From contig OY761611.1 in NCBI GenBank assembly GCA_963664875.1, positions 3,168,001 to 3,232,000 on the forward strand: a DNA stretch of 64,000 nucleotides, written 5' to 3'. The notes below the pieces were generated by a model, which saw only the letters and a list, made by a program, of their open reading frames with translations, did no database searches and was not told the origin of the DNA. Each line of letters starts with the position of its first letter. Position 1 is the stretch's first letter. This document shows positions 1-8,881 of the stretch, piece after piece. The stretch is from Candidatus Kapaibacterium sp. (GTDB taxonomy: Bacteria > Bacteroidota > Ignavibacteria > Kapaibacteriales > UBA2268). Position numbers and translations under genes: made by a program.

Positions 1-253
1 AGTTTCCTTCATTGATTAAATCACCAAGGGATAGACCTTGATTTTGATATTGTTTCGCAACGGAAACAACGAATCGTAAGTTTGCTTTTACAAGTCTTTC
101 AAGAGCTCTTTTACCTTCGTATCCGCCTTTTTTAATTAATTGGGCTAACTCTATCTCATCTTCCGGAGTAAGGAGTTCTACCCTTCCGATTTCCTGAAGG
201 TATTTGTCAAGAGATTGACTTTCACGATTCGTGTATTGTTTTGTTATCCTCAT
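1..253 (-). CDS. rpoD: RNA polymerase sigma-70 factor, RpoD/SigA family (Bacteroidota-type, no region 1.1); runs off the window edge
   Basis: Manual translation from ATG at 253: [37 protein letters not shown]...[31 protein letters not shown] (regions 1.2, 2.1, 2.2). Not in the ORF track because it is truncated. Confidence 0.9.
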   Translation of the reverse strand, partial: MRITKQYTNRESQSLDKYLQEIGRVELLTPEDEIELAQLIKKGGYEGKRALERLVKANLRFVVSVAKQYQNQGLSLGDLINEGN

Positions 254-338
254 AGATAAACCAATGTGTATAACTTTATTTTAGAAATAAGTCAAGATAG
301 TAACGAAACAAGCTAAATAATATTAGCTAAGCGAGGTG

Positions 339-346
339 CAAATATA
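339..346 (-). promoter_or_regulatory. Bacteroidota-type -7 promoter element (TATATTTG) upstream of the sigma factor gene
   Basis: CAAATATA on + strand = TATATTTG on - strand, matching TAnnTTTG about 85 nt upstream of the ATG. Confidence 0.5.
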
Positions 347-369
347 CTATATTTCTGATACTTAACCGC

Positions 370-1974
370 TTAATGTCTGTTAATGCTATCTTTAGTGTCA
401 TTTAAAAGCAAATCTTTATAGGCTTCCTCACTCAGCAAATCCTGTGCAAAGGGAATCTCTCTATCATACTGTAAAATAAGTTGCTTATAGCTGTCAGAAT
501 CGGTTACTCTCTTTGCTTTTTCTATGGCTATTCGCGACTGTATATCGTCTTTTGAAGTTACAATTATTTCTTTTATACTTTTCCACAAATTATCCTCAAG
601 TGTCTTCGGATTTATACCGTAATTCTCGAAAGACTCTTTTAGCTTGTTTGCTTCCATAGAAAGAAACAGACTGTTGTATTTTTTAGTCTCATCAAGCCAT
701 TTGATAAAAGAATTTATGTCGCTATTTATTATACGATTATTTTCAAGATAGTTCACAAATTCGAAAATAACATTGGAAGCTACCGCATCTTCGGCTATAT
801 ACTTGAATTTGTAATCTGTAAGTGATGTATCAGGATGTATTCCGTCTGATTCGATAACCGGTCTGCCTCCGTCTGTATAGAAAATACTGTCTTTGTGTAT
901 TTCTTCCTTCACATGCTTACCACCATAACCTGATTTTTGGATACACCTGCCTGATGGAGTAAAGTAGCGGGCTGTTGTTATTTTCATATCAGCATCATGT
1001 GGCAATGAGATGACTGACTGTACAAGTCCTTTGCCAAATGATTTGCGTCCTACTATTACAGCTCTGTCGTGATCCTGCATTGCACCTGCTAAAACTTCAC
1101 TTGCACTTGCCGAACCTTCGTCCAACAATATCGCCATAGGCAAATCCGGATACTCAGGGTCGTCTAATACTCTGTATTCTCTTTGCGAGCGGGCAGAATA
1201 GCCTTTGGTTTTAACTACTATTGAACCCATCGGCAAAAACATTTCGCTAATTTCTATCGCTGAAGTAAGTAGCCCACCGGGATTGCCCCTTAGGTCTATT
1301 ATTAAACCTTTCAATGTAGTTTCTTCAGCCAAATTACTCAGTGCGTTTTTAAACTCAGAAGTTGACTGAGTTGTAAATCTGCTCAATTTGATATACGCAA
1401 TGTCCGATGGAAGCAGTTGGTGATAGTCTATGTCAGGAACTTTTATTACGTTTCTGGTAAGCAGCAAATCGAGAGTATCGTTCCCGGCAAGTTTGATAAC
1501 TTTGAAAACTGCCTTAGAGCCTGCTTTGCCCCTTGTATATTTTTTCAAATCACCTGCGTCTAAAAACAACACATTATTCGAGTCTATGCTGACTATCTTA
1601 TCTCCCGGAGTGATCCCTGAAGTTTGAGCAGAATAGCCTTTGACTACATCGGTAATAGTAAGCATACTATCTATATTTCTCACAGAAAAACCAAAGCCTA
1701 CATAAGTTCCGTGTGTGAGGAACTGAATGTCGTCCGAATCCTCATTGTCATAGTATTCTGTGTACTTATCCAGCCCGGAAGTCATGCCGTTTATTGCATC
1801 TTTCAAAAGTATATCCGGGTCAGTTTCTACAACATAAGTTGATGAAACAGCTTCGAAAACCGCCGAAAAAATGTCGAATGCTTTGTTTATTTTCAGATAA
1901 TACAAATCTGCTGCACCTAAAAAGAGTGCAGCAGTTATCGTAATCAGTAATATTTTAAGCTTAGGGCTTTTCAT
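370..1974 (-). CDS. ctpA: S41 family C-terminal processing protease (CtpA/Prc) with PDZ domain
   Basis: Signal peptide, PDZ region, IIDLRGNPGGLL, SASASEVLAGA (catalytic Ser), SFGKGLVQ (catalytic Lys), TTARYFTPSGR. Confidence 0.93.
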   Translation of the reverse strand: MKSPKLKILLITITAALFLGAADLYYLKINKAFDIFSAVFEAVSSTYVVETDPDILLKDAINGMTSGLDKYTEYYDNEDSDDIQFLTHGTYVGFGFSVRNIDSMLTITDVVKGYSAQTSGITPGDKIVSIDSNNVLFLDAGDLKKYTRGKAGSKAVFKVIKLAGNDTLDLLLTRNVIKVPDIDYHQLLPSDIAYIKLSRFTTQSTSEFKNALSNLAEETTLKGLIIDLRGNPGGLLTSAIEISEMFLPMGSIVVKTKGYSARSQREYRVLDDPEYPDLPMAILLDEGSASASEVLAGAMQDHDRAVIVGRKSFGKGLVQSVISLPHDADMKITTARYFTPSGRCIQKSGYGGKHVKEEIHKDSIFYTDGGRPVIESDGIHPDTSLTDYKFKYIAEDAVASNVIFEFVNYLENNRIINSDINSFIKWLDETKKYNSLFLSMEANKLKESFENYGINPKTLEDNLWKSIKEIIVTSKDDIQSRIAIEKAKRVTDSDSYKQLILQYDREIPFAQDLLSEEAYKDLLLNDTKDSINRH

Positions 1975-1987
1975 ATATGTCTTTGTG

Positions 1988-3409
1988 TTATTTTGTCATT
2001 TTGTCAAACAAGTAAGTTTTTAGTTTGTCAACCGAAACTCTTTCCTGCTGCATAGTGTCTCTTTCTCTGACAGTTACTGTATTGTCCTCTAAAGTCTGTC
2101 CATCTACAGTAATGCAGAAAGGAGTTCCTATCTCGTCTTGACGGCGGTATCTTCTACCTATTGCACCGCTCGTGTCGTACTGTGCTTTGAAATGTTTCTG
2201 CAAGTCTTTATAGATTGGGTGTGCTTTTTCAGGCATACCGTCTTTGTTGACAAGAGGAAATACTGCAACAGTTACAGGAGCCAAACGTGGGTGGAAGCGA
2301 AGTACTGTTCTTACTTCTTCTTTGCCGTTTTCATCTGTTACTGTTTCTTCTTCATAAGCATTGCAAAGGAACGCCATCAAACCGCGAGATACACCACCGG
2401 ATGTTTCTACTACATACGGAATAAATCTGTCTTTGTTCACAGTGTCCACATATTCCATTTTTTTATTGGAATGTTCGAAGTGGGAGCGAAGGTCAAAATC
2501 AGTACGTGAATGGATACCTTCTATTTCGCCCCAGCCAAACGGGAACTCAAATTCGATATCAGTAGCTTTGTTAGCATAATGAGCCAATTTATCATGATCT
2601 TTCCATCTCATTTTTTCAGGCTTCATGCCAAGTTCCTGATACCAATTCCATCTGATTTCTTTCCAATAGTCAAACCATTCGAATTCTGTGCCCGGTTTGC
2701 AGAAAAACTGCATTTCCATCTGCTCAAACTCGCGAGTACGGAAAAGGAAGTTTTTAGTGTTGATTTCATTACGGAATGCTTTACCAATTTGTGCTATACC
2801 AAAAGGTACTTTTTGGCGAGCAGTTTCCATAACGTTTTTAAAGTTAACAAAGATACCCTGAGCTGACTCCGGTCTTAGAAATACAGTCGAACCTGTATCT
2901 TCCACCGGACCTACAAATGTTTTGAACATGAGGTTGAAGTTTCTTACTTCAGTCCAATCCATTGTGCCTGAAACAGGGTCTTTGATTTCGTATTTCATTA
3001 TTATATCGTAGTAATCAGAGTTATCATCGCATTTAGCAAGAGCTGCCTCAATTTCGTCGGCAAGTTCGTTTTTCTTTTTGCTTCTCATTTTAGCGATAAA
3101 ATCTTCTATCAAATTATCTGCTCTGTGGCGAGACTTGCTTGTTTTGTTATCAATCATAGGGTCGGAAAACTGTTTAGTGTGTCCTGAGGCTTCCCAAGTG
3201 CGAGGGTGCATTAGGATAGATGCATCTATTCCTTCTACATCATCGCGAAATGTCATGGCTTTCCACCATGCTTCTTTTAGATTTAGCAGCAATTCGACAC
3301 CGAGTGGACCGTAATCCCAGCAACCATTCAAACCACCATAAATTTCAGAAGATTGGAATACAAATCCTCTTCTTTTCGCCAAAGAGATGATAGTATCTAA
3401 TTTGTACAT
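1988..3409 (-). CDS. glyQS: Glycine--tRNA ligase, alpha2 type
   Basis: KRRGFVFQSSEIYGG, WDYGPLG, LRPESAQGIF, FRNEI, FRTREFEQME and anticodon domain IGRRYRRQDEIGTP. Confidence 0.97.
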   Translation of the reverse strand: MYKLDTIISLAKRRGFVFQSSEIYGGLNGCWDYGPLGVELLLNLKEAWWKAMTFRDDVEGIDASILMHPRTWEASGHTKQFSDPMIDNKTSKSRHRADNLIEDFIAKMRSKKKNELADEIEAALAKCDDNSDYYDIIMKYEIKDPVSGTMDWTEVRNFNLMFKTFVGPVEDTGSTVFLRPESAQGIFVNFKNVMETARQKVPFGIAQIGKAFRNEINTKNFLFRTREFEQMEMQFFCKPGTEFEWFDYWKEIRWNWYQELGMKPEKMRWKDHDKLAHYANKATDIEFEFPFGWGEIEGIHSRTDFDLRSHFEHSNKKMEYVDTVNKDRFIPYVVETSGGVSRGLMAFLCNAYEEETVTDENGKEEVRTVLRFHPRLAPVTVAVFPLVNKDGMPEKAHPIYKDLQKHFKAQYDTSGAIGRRYRRQDEIGTPFCITVDGQTLEDNTVTVRERDTMQQERVSVDKLKTYLFDKMTK

Positions 3410-3498
3410 TTTCTTTGTCCTTATATATAAAATATCTGTTTCATACTTTTGCCAAAGTACAAATTTATAAGAATGGTTACAAAATGCCTAATATTTTG

Positions 3499-4230
3499 CT
3501 AAGTCAGCGAAAAATAGTCTCTGTTCGAATCATTAAATATTTGAACTACTCCGGCACGAACCAGACGTATAAGTAGTCTTGACGCACGCCTTTCGGAAAT
3601 ATTCACCAACCTTGCGAAATCTTTTACTGTAGCTTTTTCATTCTTTTCTAAAAATCTGAATAGTCGCCTCTCTTTATCTCCGATGCTGAGTGTGAGCGGA
3701 GAATTATTGGTACGATAGGTCATCAGCCTGTACATTTCACGGCTTGCTATTACTGATTTCTCGCCAATTCGGATATAGGAGCGTTTGAGGGTTTTATTGT
3801 TTTTAGTGTCGAAAACTTCTATGTGGTGAGGTTTTTCGGTGCTTTCGGGGATGTAAACAGCAACCACTTCTTTTCGTTTTACCTCTATAACTTCTATTTC
3901 GTATGCCACAGGCGGATCTATAAAAAACTCACAACTTGTCTCGATAACGCTTATTTCTGCTTTTTCGCTATGGACTCCGACTATCTTTCCGTCATCGTCA
4001 ACTCCCACCAGCAACCACCCGCCTTTTGTGTTTGCCAGTGCAGAAATCTCTTTGGCAAACTTCTCCGGTGTGGTAGTCTTTCTTTTGAATTCGAGAGTAG
4101 TGGATTCGCCTTTTGCGATGAGTTCTTTGAGCTTTTGAGGTGCCATGATGTTACTCTCAGGGTTGTGGTACTTCTTTATAGACGCGTTACAATCTCTAAG
4201 GTTGCAACTGAAAATATAAAAAAAGCTCAA
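3499..4230 (-). CDS. AlbA_2 (Schlafen-like) domain protein with C-terminal winged helix; start probably near 4146 (MAPQKL)
   Basis: GESTTLEFKR, ISALANTKGGWLLVGVDDDG, YIRIGEKS; C-terminal HTH (TVKDFARLVNISERRASRLL). Confidence 0.82.
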   Translation of the reverse strand: MSFFYIFSCNLRDCNASIKKYHNPESNIMAPQKLKELIAKGESTTLEFKRKTTTPEKFAKEISALANTKGGWLLVGVDDDGKIVGVHSEKAEISVIETSCEFFIDPPVAYEIEVIEVKRKEVVAVYIPESTEKPHHIEVFDTKNNKTLKRSYIRIGEKSVIASREMYRLMTYRTNNSPLTLSIGDKERRLFRFLEKNEKATVKDFARLVNISERRASRLLIRLVRAGVVQIFNDSNRDYFSLT

Positions 4231-4326
4231 AAAGAAAAAATAAATAAGATTTAAAGAGCTTCACATAATATGAACCCTAATCTATCTGTTATACTTGTAA
4301 GTGGTATAGTCTATATAGGATTAGAT

Positions 4327-4350
4327 AAAAGCAGCCCGAAAACTGCTTTT
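4327..4350 (-). terminator. Intrinsic terminator after the TonB receptor operon
   Basis: AAAAGCAG-cccgaaaa-CTGCTTTT hairpin with A/T runs on both sides. Confidence 0.55.
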
Positions 4351-4408
4351 ATTAAAACGTCAAAATGTGGAATACTTTTTATAAATACTTTGTGTAATAG
4401 CGGAAATG

Positions 4409-6601
4409 TTATTGCAGATATAATTCGTACTGCAATTTGAGATTTATCCCTCTTTCAGGCATTATTTTTCTGATTCTTGAAAGATGATTGTAATATTCTC
4501 TGTCGAATATATTATCTATCCTAAATGAAACTGTATTGTAGGCAGTAAGTGCCATAAATGAATACCTTCCATAGATTCCTGTTATGAAATATGATGAAGT
4601 AGCTAACTCAAATTTGTCAACTCTTTCCTGTGAATCTGCGTACTCCGCATTTATTCCCAGCTCAAACTCATTATTGAGATACTGCAGTTCCAAAAATGAT
4701 TTGAATGGAGGAATCTGAGGTAAAGGCATATTCTCTGATTTATTATTACCTATCGTGTAACTCAAATTAGCAATAAAGCGGATACATTTACAAATTTTAT
4801 GATCTAGTTTAGCTTCTATGCCATATAGTTCGGCTTCTACTCCTTTGCTTTGGTAGATTGGTAGCAGTTGACTGTAATTGATTTTCCCGGTGTTGGAGGA
4901 AGAGATAAAATAAGGCAAATAATTATAAAATCCGGTTATTGAAGCAAATACCAAGTCTGACTGCCAATATGCGAATAGTTCGCTACCGTAGCCGTATTCT
5001 CCTTCCAAATCAGGATTGCCTGTTTCGTAGGAGTAAGCTGCAAGATGAGGTCCTTGGCTATAAAGCTCCTCTATAGAAGGTGCTCTTGATGTTCTCGAAA
5101 GATTAGCTCCAAAAAAAATGTTTTTAAAAGTTTCTTTCAGCATCGAAACGGACGCAGAAACAGAGTGAAAGGTTCTGCTCCTTACCGGAAATGACGTTGC
5201 AGCATAGCTTTGGTCAGGGGTAAAATTGTCGTAGCCATATCTAAAAGCAAACTGAAACATATATTCGCCCAGATTAAAATCCTCAAAAAAGTAAGGTGCA
5301 AAAGATGTATTGCTTGTTGGAGGTGTAAAGACAAAACCGCCTAACTTCAAATCCCGATAGTTGAAAAACAGACCCATAGTGCCAAAGTCAAATATGCCGT
5401 AGTTCTTTTGATTCGCTTTCAAATCCAAAGAAAAATCTCTGAATACAAATTCAGCTCCTATAGCTCCATTTGACTCGTATTCGGTATGCTTATAATAATT
5501 TCGCACCAAATCCAGCGAAAAATTATCAATAAACTCACGATGAATGTCTAAGGTCAGTTTTGCTGCATATTTTCTTTTGAGCATTTCTATATCTACACCC
5601 TTGGGGTGTGCACCCACAAACCCACCGGGGATGCCGTAGTTTGAGCTAAACTCGCTCACAGAGGCACCTGCTGAAAAGTCAGGCATTAAGTAAGCTGCTC
5701 CGAAATTGTAGCTTGAAGTTTTAAGCTCTGTATTCTCGAGCACTCCGAGAGGGGAGTGCATATCTCCTGCATTCCTGTGCGAATATGAACCCTTCAATAC
5801 AAAATCAGAAACAGGGATTATAGCTTTTAGATAAGCAAGTTTGCTGTTGTTTGCCGATTCGTAAGAGGTATTGGCGATAAAAGTATTCTCAGAGAGCTTT
5901 TCCTGAGGGATGTCATTTTTAACTACATTTACCACTCCACCAATTGTTGAGTTTGTACTCAGCAACACTTTAGGTCCTCTAATTACTTCAATCTTTTCAG
6001 CTCCCGATGGCTCTACCGTTACTGCATGGTCTGGAGAAGAAGCTGACATATCTGAGACAGGTTCGTTGTCCTGACTAAGCATGATTCTATTTCCTCCGAG
6101 GCCTCTTATAACAGGTCTCGCCGGTGCAGGCCCCATAGATCTGACTGCAATGCCGGCTTCGTTTTTGAGAGTTGCGGCAATAGAAATACCTATCTGTTTT
6201 TGTAGATCTTTCCCATCGAGTTTATTTGCATGCTGCGAGAGCTCCATAAATTTTGAAGCAGTGTTATTGCCTTTAACTACAACGCGGGCGGTGGTTACAC
6301 CTTTAGGAGTCATCTTAAGAACAAAAGGACTCGCCTTTTCTGATTCACTGATTCTTACTATTCGCCTTTGGCTGATGTATCCGATTCGTCTGAATTGCAA
6401 GAAATATTCACCCGGCTCTATAGACTTTATCTCAAATTTCCCATCCTCGTCAGTAACTATCTTTATAGAAGTCTTTTCGACACTGATTATGACATTATCA
6501 ATCGGAGACTCGGATTCTTCGTCTATAACAATACCTGCCAGATCCGCTCCCAAAAGGGGCAGACCTGACAGAATAAAGATAAAAGCAACTATATATTTCA
6601 T
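4409..6601 (-). CDS. TonB-dependent receptor, ZnuD-like metal uptake class, with N-terminal CarboxypepD_reg-like domain
   Basis: Signal peptide; plug motifs RPVIRGLGGNRI, SPDHAV, IEVIRGP; barrel end NIFDREYYNHLS; ELYSQGPHLA. Confidence 0.88.
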   Translation of the reverse strand: MKYIVAFIFILSGLPLLGADLAGIVIDEESESPIDNVIISVEKTSIKIVTDEDGKFEIKSIEPGEYFLQFRRIGYISQRRIVRISESEKASPFVLKMTPKGVTTARVVVKGNNTASKFMELSQHANKLDGKDLQKQIGISIAATLKNEAGIAVRSMGPAPARPVIRGLGGNRIMLSQDNEPVSDMSASSPDHAVTVEPSGAEKIEVIRGPKVLLSTNSTIGGVVNVVKNDIPQEKLSENTFIANTSYESANNSKLAYLKAIIPVSDFVLKGSYSHRNAGDMHSPLGVLENTELKTSSYNFGAAYLMPDFSAGASVSEFSSNYGIPGGFVGAHPKGVDIEMLKRKYAAKLTLDIHREFIDNFSLDLVRNYYKHTEYESNGAIGAEFVFRDFSLDLKANQKNYGIFDFGTMGLFFNYRDLKLGGFVFTPPTSNTSFAPYFFEDFNLGEYMFQFAFRYGYDNFTPDQSYAATSFPVRSRTFHSVSASVSMLKETFKNIFFGANLSRTSRAPSIEELYSQGPHLAAYSYETGNPDLEGEYGYGSELFAYWQSDLVFASITGFYNYLPYFISSSNTGKINYSQLLPIYQSKGVEAELYGIEAKLDHKICKCIRFIANLSYTIGNNKSENMPLPQIPPFKSFLELQYLNNEFELGINAEYADSQERVDKFELATSSYFITGIYGRYSFMALTAYNTVSFRIDNIFDREYYNHLSRIRKIMPERGINLKLQYELYLQ

Positions 6602-6604
6602 TTT

Positions 6605-7066
6605 TTATGGCTTAACTACTTCTACAGGAATTTTTGGTGATTTGAAATCAGGATGATCATTGTGCAATATTCTGATTTCCAAATCTGTTGTACCTTCTTT
6701 TAAAGCTTCAAGCTCAAACATCCATTTTTGTTCGCTGTCCGGTATCAGCTTCAAGACTGTTTCATCTCCTATCAGCCAACCGAGTGATTTATCTGTGTCA
6801 TCAGTCTGAAACTCGTCGCCGTCATGATCGAGGAAAAATACCTCCAATGCCGGCATTGAGGAGCCTTCGTCGAGGGTTATTTTTTTAGCATACAGTTCTT
6901 CGAATTCGCCTTCGAAAATTCGCATGATGGTATTGCCCGAATATTTGATTACAATGCCTTCTGCTTCTGCGTGGTCGTGCTGGTCAGAAACAGGATCGTC
7001 TTCGGAACAAGAGATAAAAGCAAAAGCCATTAAGGCAAATAAGATAGCACTAATTATTGATTTCAT
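6605..7066 (-). CDS. His-containing lipoprotein, probable metal-binding partner of the TonB receptor
   Basis: Lipobox FISC; motifs DQHDHAEAEG and ILHNDHPDF; ends 3 nt before the receptor start. Confidence 0.75.
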   Translation of the reverse strand: MKSIISAILFALMAFAFISCSEDDPVSDQHDHAEAEGIVIKYSGNTIMRIFEGEFEELYAKKITLDEGSSMPALEVFFLDHDGDEFQTDDTDKSLGWLIGDETVLKLIPDSEQKWMFELEALKEGTTDLEIRILHNDHPDFKSPKIPVEVVKP

Positions 7067-7187
7067 TTTTTTTATCCTTTATAAAACTGAATATTACATT
7101 TACCATTTGTGGTCTTAATTTATCTATATTTTCTATCGGACTATAGATTCGTCTCTCTAAGGATTACATTCCCTATGGTCGAACATA

Positions 7188-7477
7188 GAGGCTGTCTCAT
7201 AAGTAGAAAAAAGTGATTTAAACAAGAACGACTACCCCGCCCTTTCAGGGCACCCCTTTACTTCGGCAAGCTCAGTACGTCGCTTCCCAAGAAGGGGAAT
7301 ATAATGCGTTTTTAATTCTTTTAACTACTTTAAATAAAAGCAGTTAAAAATTCCCCTCTTGAGCGATGTGCTGAGCGAGCACAGCGAGTCGAAGTAGGGT
7401 GGCATGCGTAGCATGACGGGGTGGAATAATACCACAGTATGATTTTGTACCCAATTTTTGACTTGTGAGACAGCCTC
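7188..7477. mobile_element. MITE-like element A (290 bp) with 17-bp terminal inverted repeats; interior made of REP-like palindromes
   Basis: Left end GAGGCTGTCTCATAAGT (7188-7204) and right end ACTTGTGAGACAGCCTC (7461-7477), 16/17 inverted match; the same ends recur at 50941 and 55597/55757. Confidence 0.8.
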
Positions 7478-7619
7478 CAAACATAACCCATAGCACATAA
7501 ACTAAATAAATGCTAAGAAGTATTATCTTCAGACCAATCGAAAATAATAACATACACGAATCATAGCCATGCCGGCATTATGCTGCAGTGTAAGAGATAT
7601 TGCGAAATTGTAATAAGTT

Positions 7620-7970
7620 TTATAAAAGGGGAGGGTCTTTATTGGCAAAGTTGATACTGTAATCCAAAGTGGCAAGTATCGGTAACGTAGCTTCTAATTT
7701 CTCATCAGGAGCAAAAAACACGAAGTTGTAAAGCTGGACTAACGAGAGTATGGAATTTACATTGATAAACTTGCAAACATTACAGTTGACGGCTTTATTT
7801 TCGTCGCTACTGTCTGTTGTTTGAGTTGCTTCCGTAGAGCATCTTTCGGAGCAGCAATGATTTTCATGAGTATGAAAAAATGGAGTATAAACAATATTAA
7901 GTATTGTTGCAGCCAAAAAAGCTACAAGAGAGCGTCTAAATAGTACCAATATCGTCTTTTTGTTTTTCAT
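7620..7970 (-). CDS. DUF2946-like small protein, putative metal-responsive upstream ORF or arrest peptide
   Basis: N-terminal hydrophobic segment, HTHENHCC, CNVC (CxxC), C-terminal NKDPP resembling RAPP/RGPP; lies upstream of the lipoprotein and TonB receptor. Confidence 0.65.
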   Translation of the reverse strand: MKNKKTILVLFRRSLVAFLAATILNIVYTPFFHTHENHCCSERCSTEATQTTDSSDENKAVNCNVCKFINVNSILSLVQLYNFVFFAPDEKLEATLPILATLDYSINFANKDPPLL

Positions 7971-8007
7971 AAGTAGCAGTTACAACGTATGAATTTTATA
8001 ATTGTTG

Positions 8008-8042
8008 AAAAAAAAGTCCGAAAGATATATCTTTCAGACTTT
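8008..8042 (-). terminator. Intrinsic terminator after tatD-OMP
   Basis: AAAGTCcGAAAGAT-at-ATCTTTCaGACTTT hairpin preceded by an A-run (U-tract on - strand). Confidence 0.6.
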
Positions 8043-8092
8043 GCTATATTTTTTATTATTCTCTAAATACTTAGTACTAAAAGTAGTTCATG

Positions 8093-8881
8093 TTAAAACG
8101 GAGGATACCAGATAATTCCAAATCTTGGTATAGAGAAAAATTCGGAAACGTCAGCTTTAAGAGGTACTTCTTTTGAACCGTCGTACTCTACTACTGTCAT
8201 ATCTTCATTAGCTAATTTGAAATCAACGCGCCATTCTGCAGATAAGGTCAACATTCCATAATCATTCATATTGAAGTTGACAAACAAACCCAAACCAAAA
8301 TTCATACCCATCTGATTATTAGTTTTAGGAACTCTGAGACCTGAAACTTCATCAAATACTGAGATATTACTTGAAAAATAAGTAAGCCCAGCAGTAGCAA
8401 AGAAATTTATTCTATTGCGCGGATTAGGTATCCAGTGTGAAGATAGATTATAAACAGTATATGTAAAAGGATCGATATTTACGTTTTCTTCCGCAATTTT
8501 TGTGTTTTTGGAGTAGGTGTAAGCTCCTTCTAAAAGCAGATAATCAGTAACTCCCCAAAGTACCCTTCCGCCGTAAGCTACTATACCATCGTAAGAGATT
8601 GATTTATTTATTATTTCGCCTTCAGTGTTTGTGATTGCCTGAGATTGCACTACTGTATTTGCACCAATCACCGGACCAAATCCAATAAATCTTTCAAAAG
8701 GATTGACCATTACTTCGCCTGTCTCTTCATCGATATATTCGCCGTCTTGAAGCTCTACTTCTTCTCCGTTTTCTTCATCGTAATCTTCTTCGTTTTGAGC
8801 ATACAAAGAAAGAGAGCCAAACACAAAAAACAAAGCTAAAACAAACAGATTGAAAAACTTTCTGGCATTATTAGTAGTCAT
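8093..8881 (-). CDS. Probable in-frame internal gene: outer-membrane beta-barrel protein starting at Met241 of the tatD ORF
   Basis: GAGGT-N7-ATG at 8893-8879; MTTNNARKFFNLFVLALFFVFGSLSLYA|Q reads as a Sec signal peptide; aromatic C-terminal residue. Confidence 0.6.
   Translation of the reverse strand: MTTNNARKFFNLFVLALFFVFGSLSLYAQNEEDYDEENGEEVELQDGEYIDEETGEVMVNPFERFIGFGPVIGANTVVQSQAITNTEGEIINKSISYDGIVAYGGRVLWGVTDYLLLEGAYTYSKNTKIAEENVNIDPFTYTVYNLSSHWIPNPRNRINFFATAGLTYFSSNISVFDEVSGLRVPKTNNQMGMNFGLGLFVNFNMNDYGMLTLSAEWRVDFKLANEDMTVVEYDGSKEVPLKADVSEFFSIPRFGIIWYPPF

Noticed and set aside
3499-4230. AlbA_2/Schlafen protein as an anti-phage system
   Set aside because: Single gene in a housekeeping context before glyQS, with no defence partners nearby.
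7344-7553. 69-aa ORF
   Set aside because: Lies largely in MITE A palindromes; no RBS or recognisable protein features.
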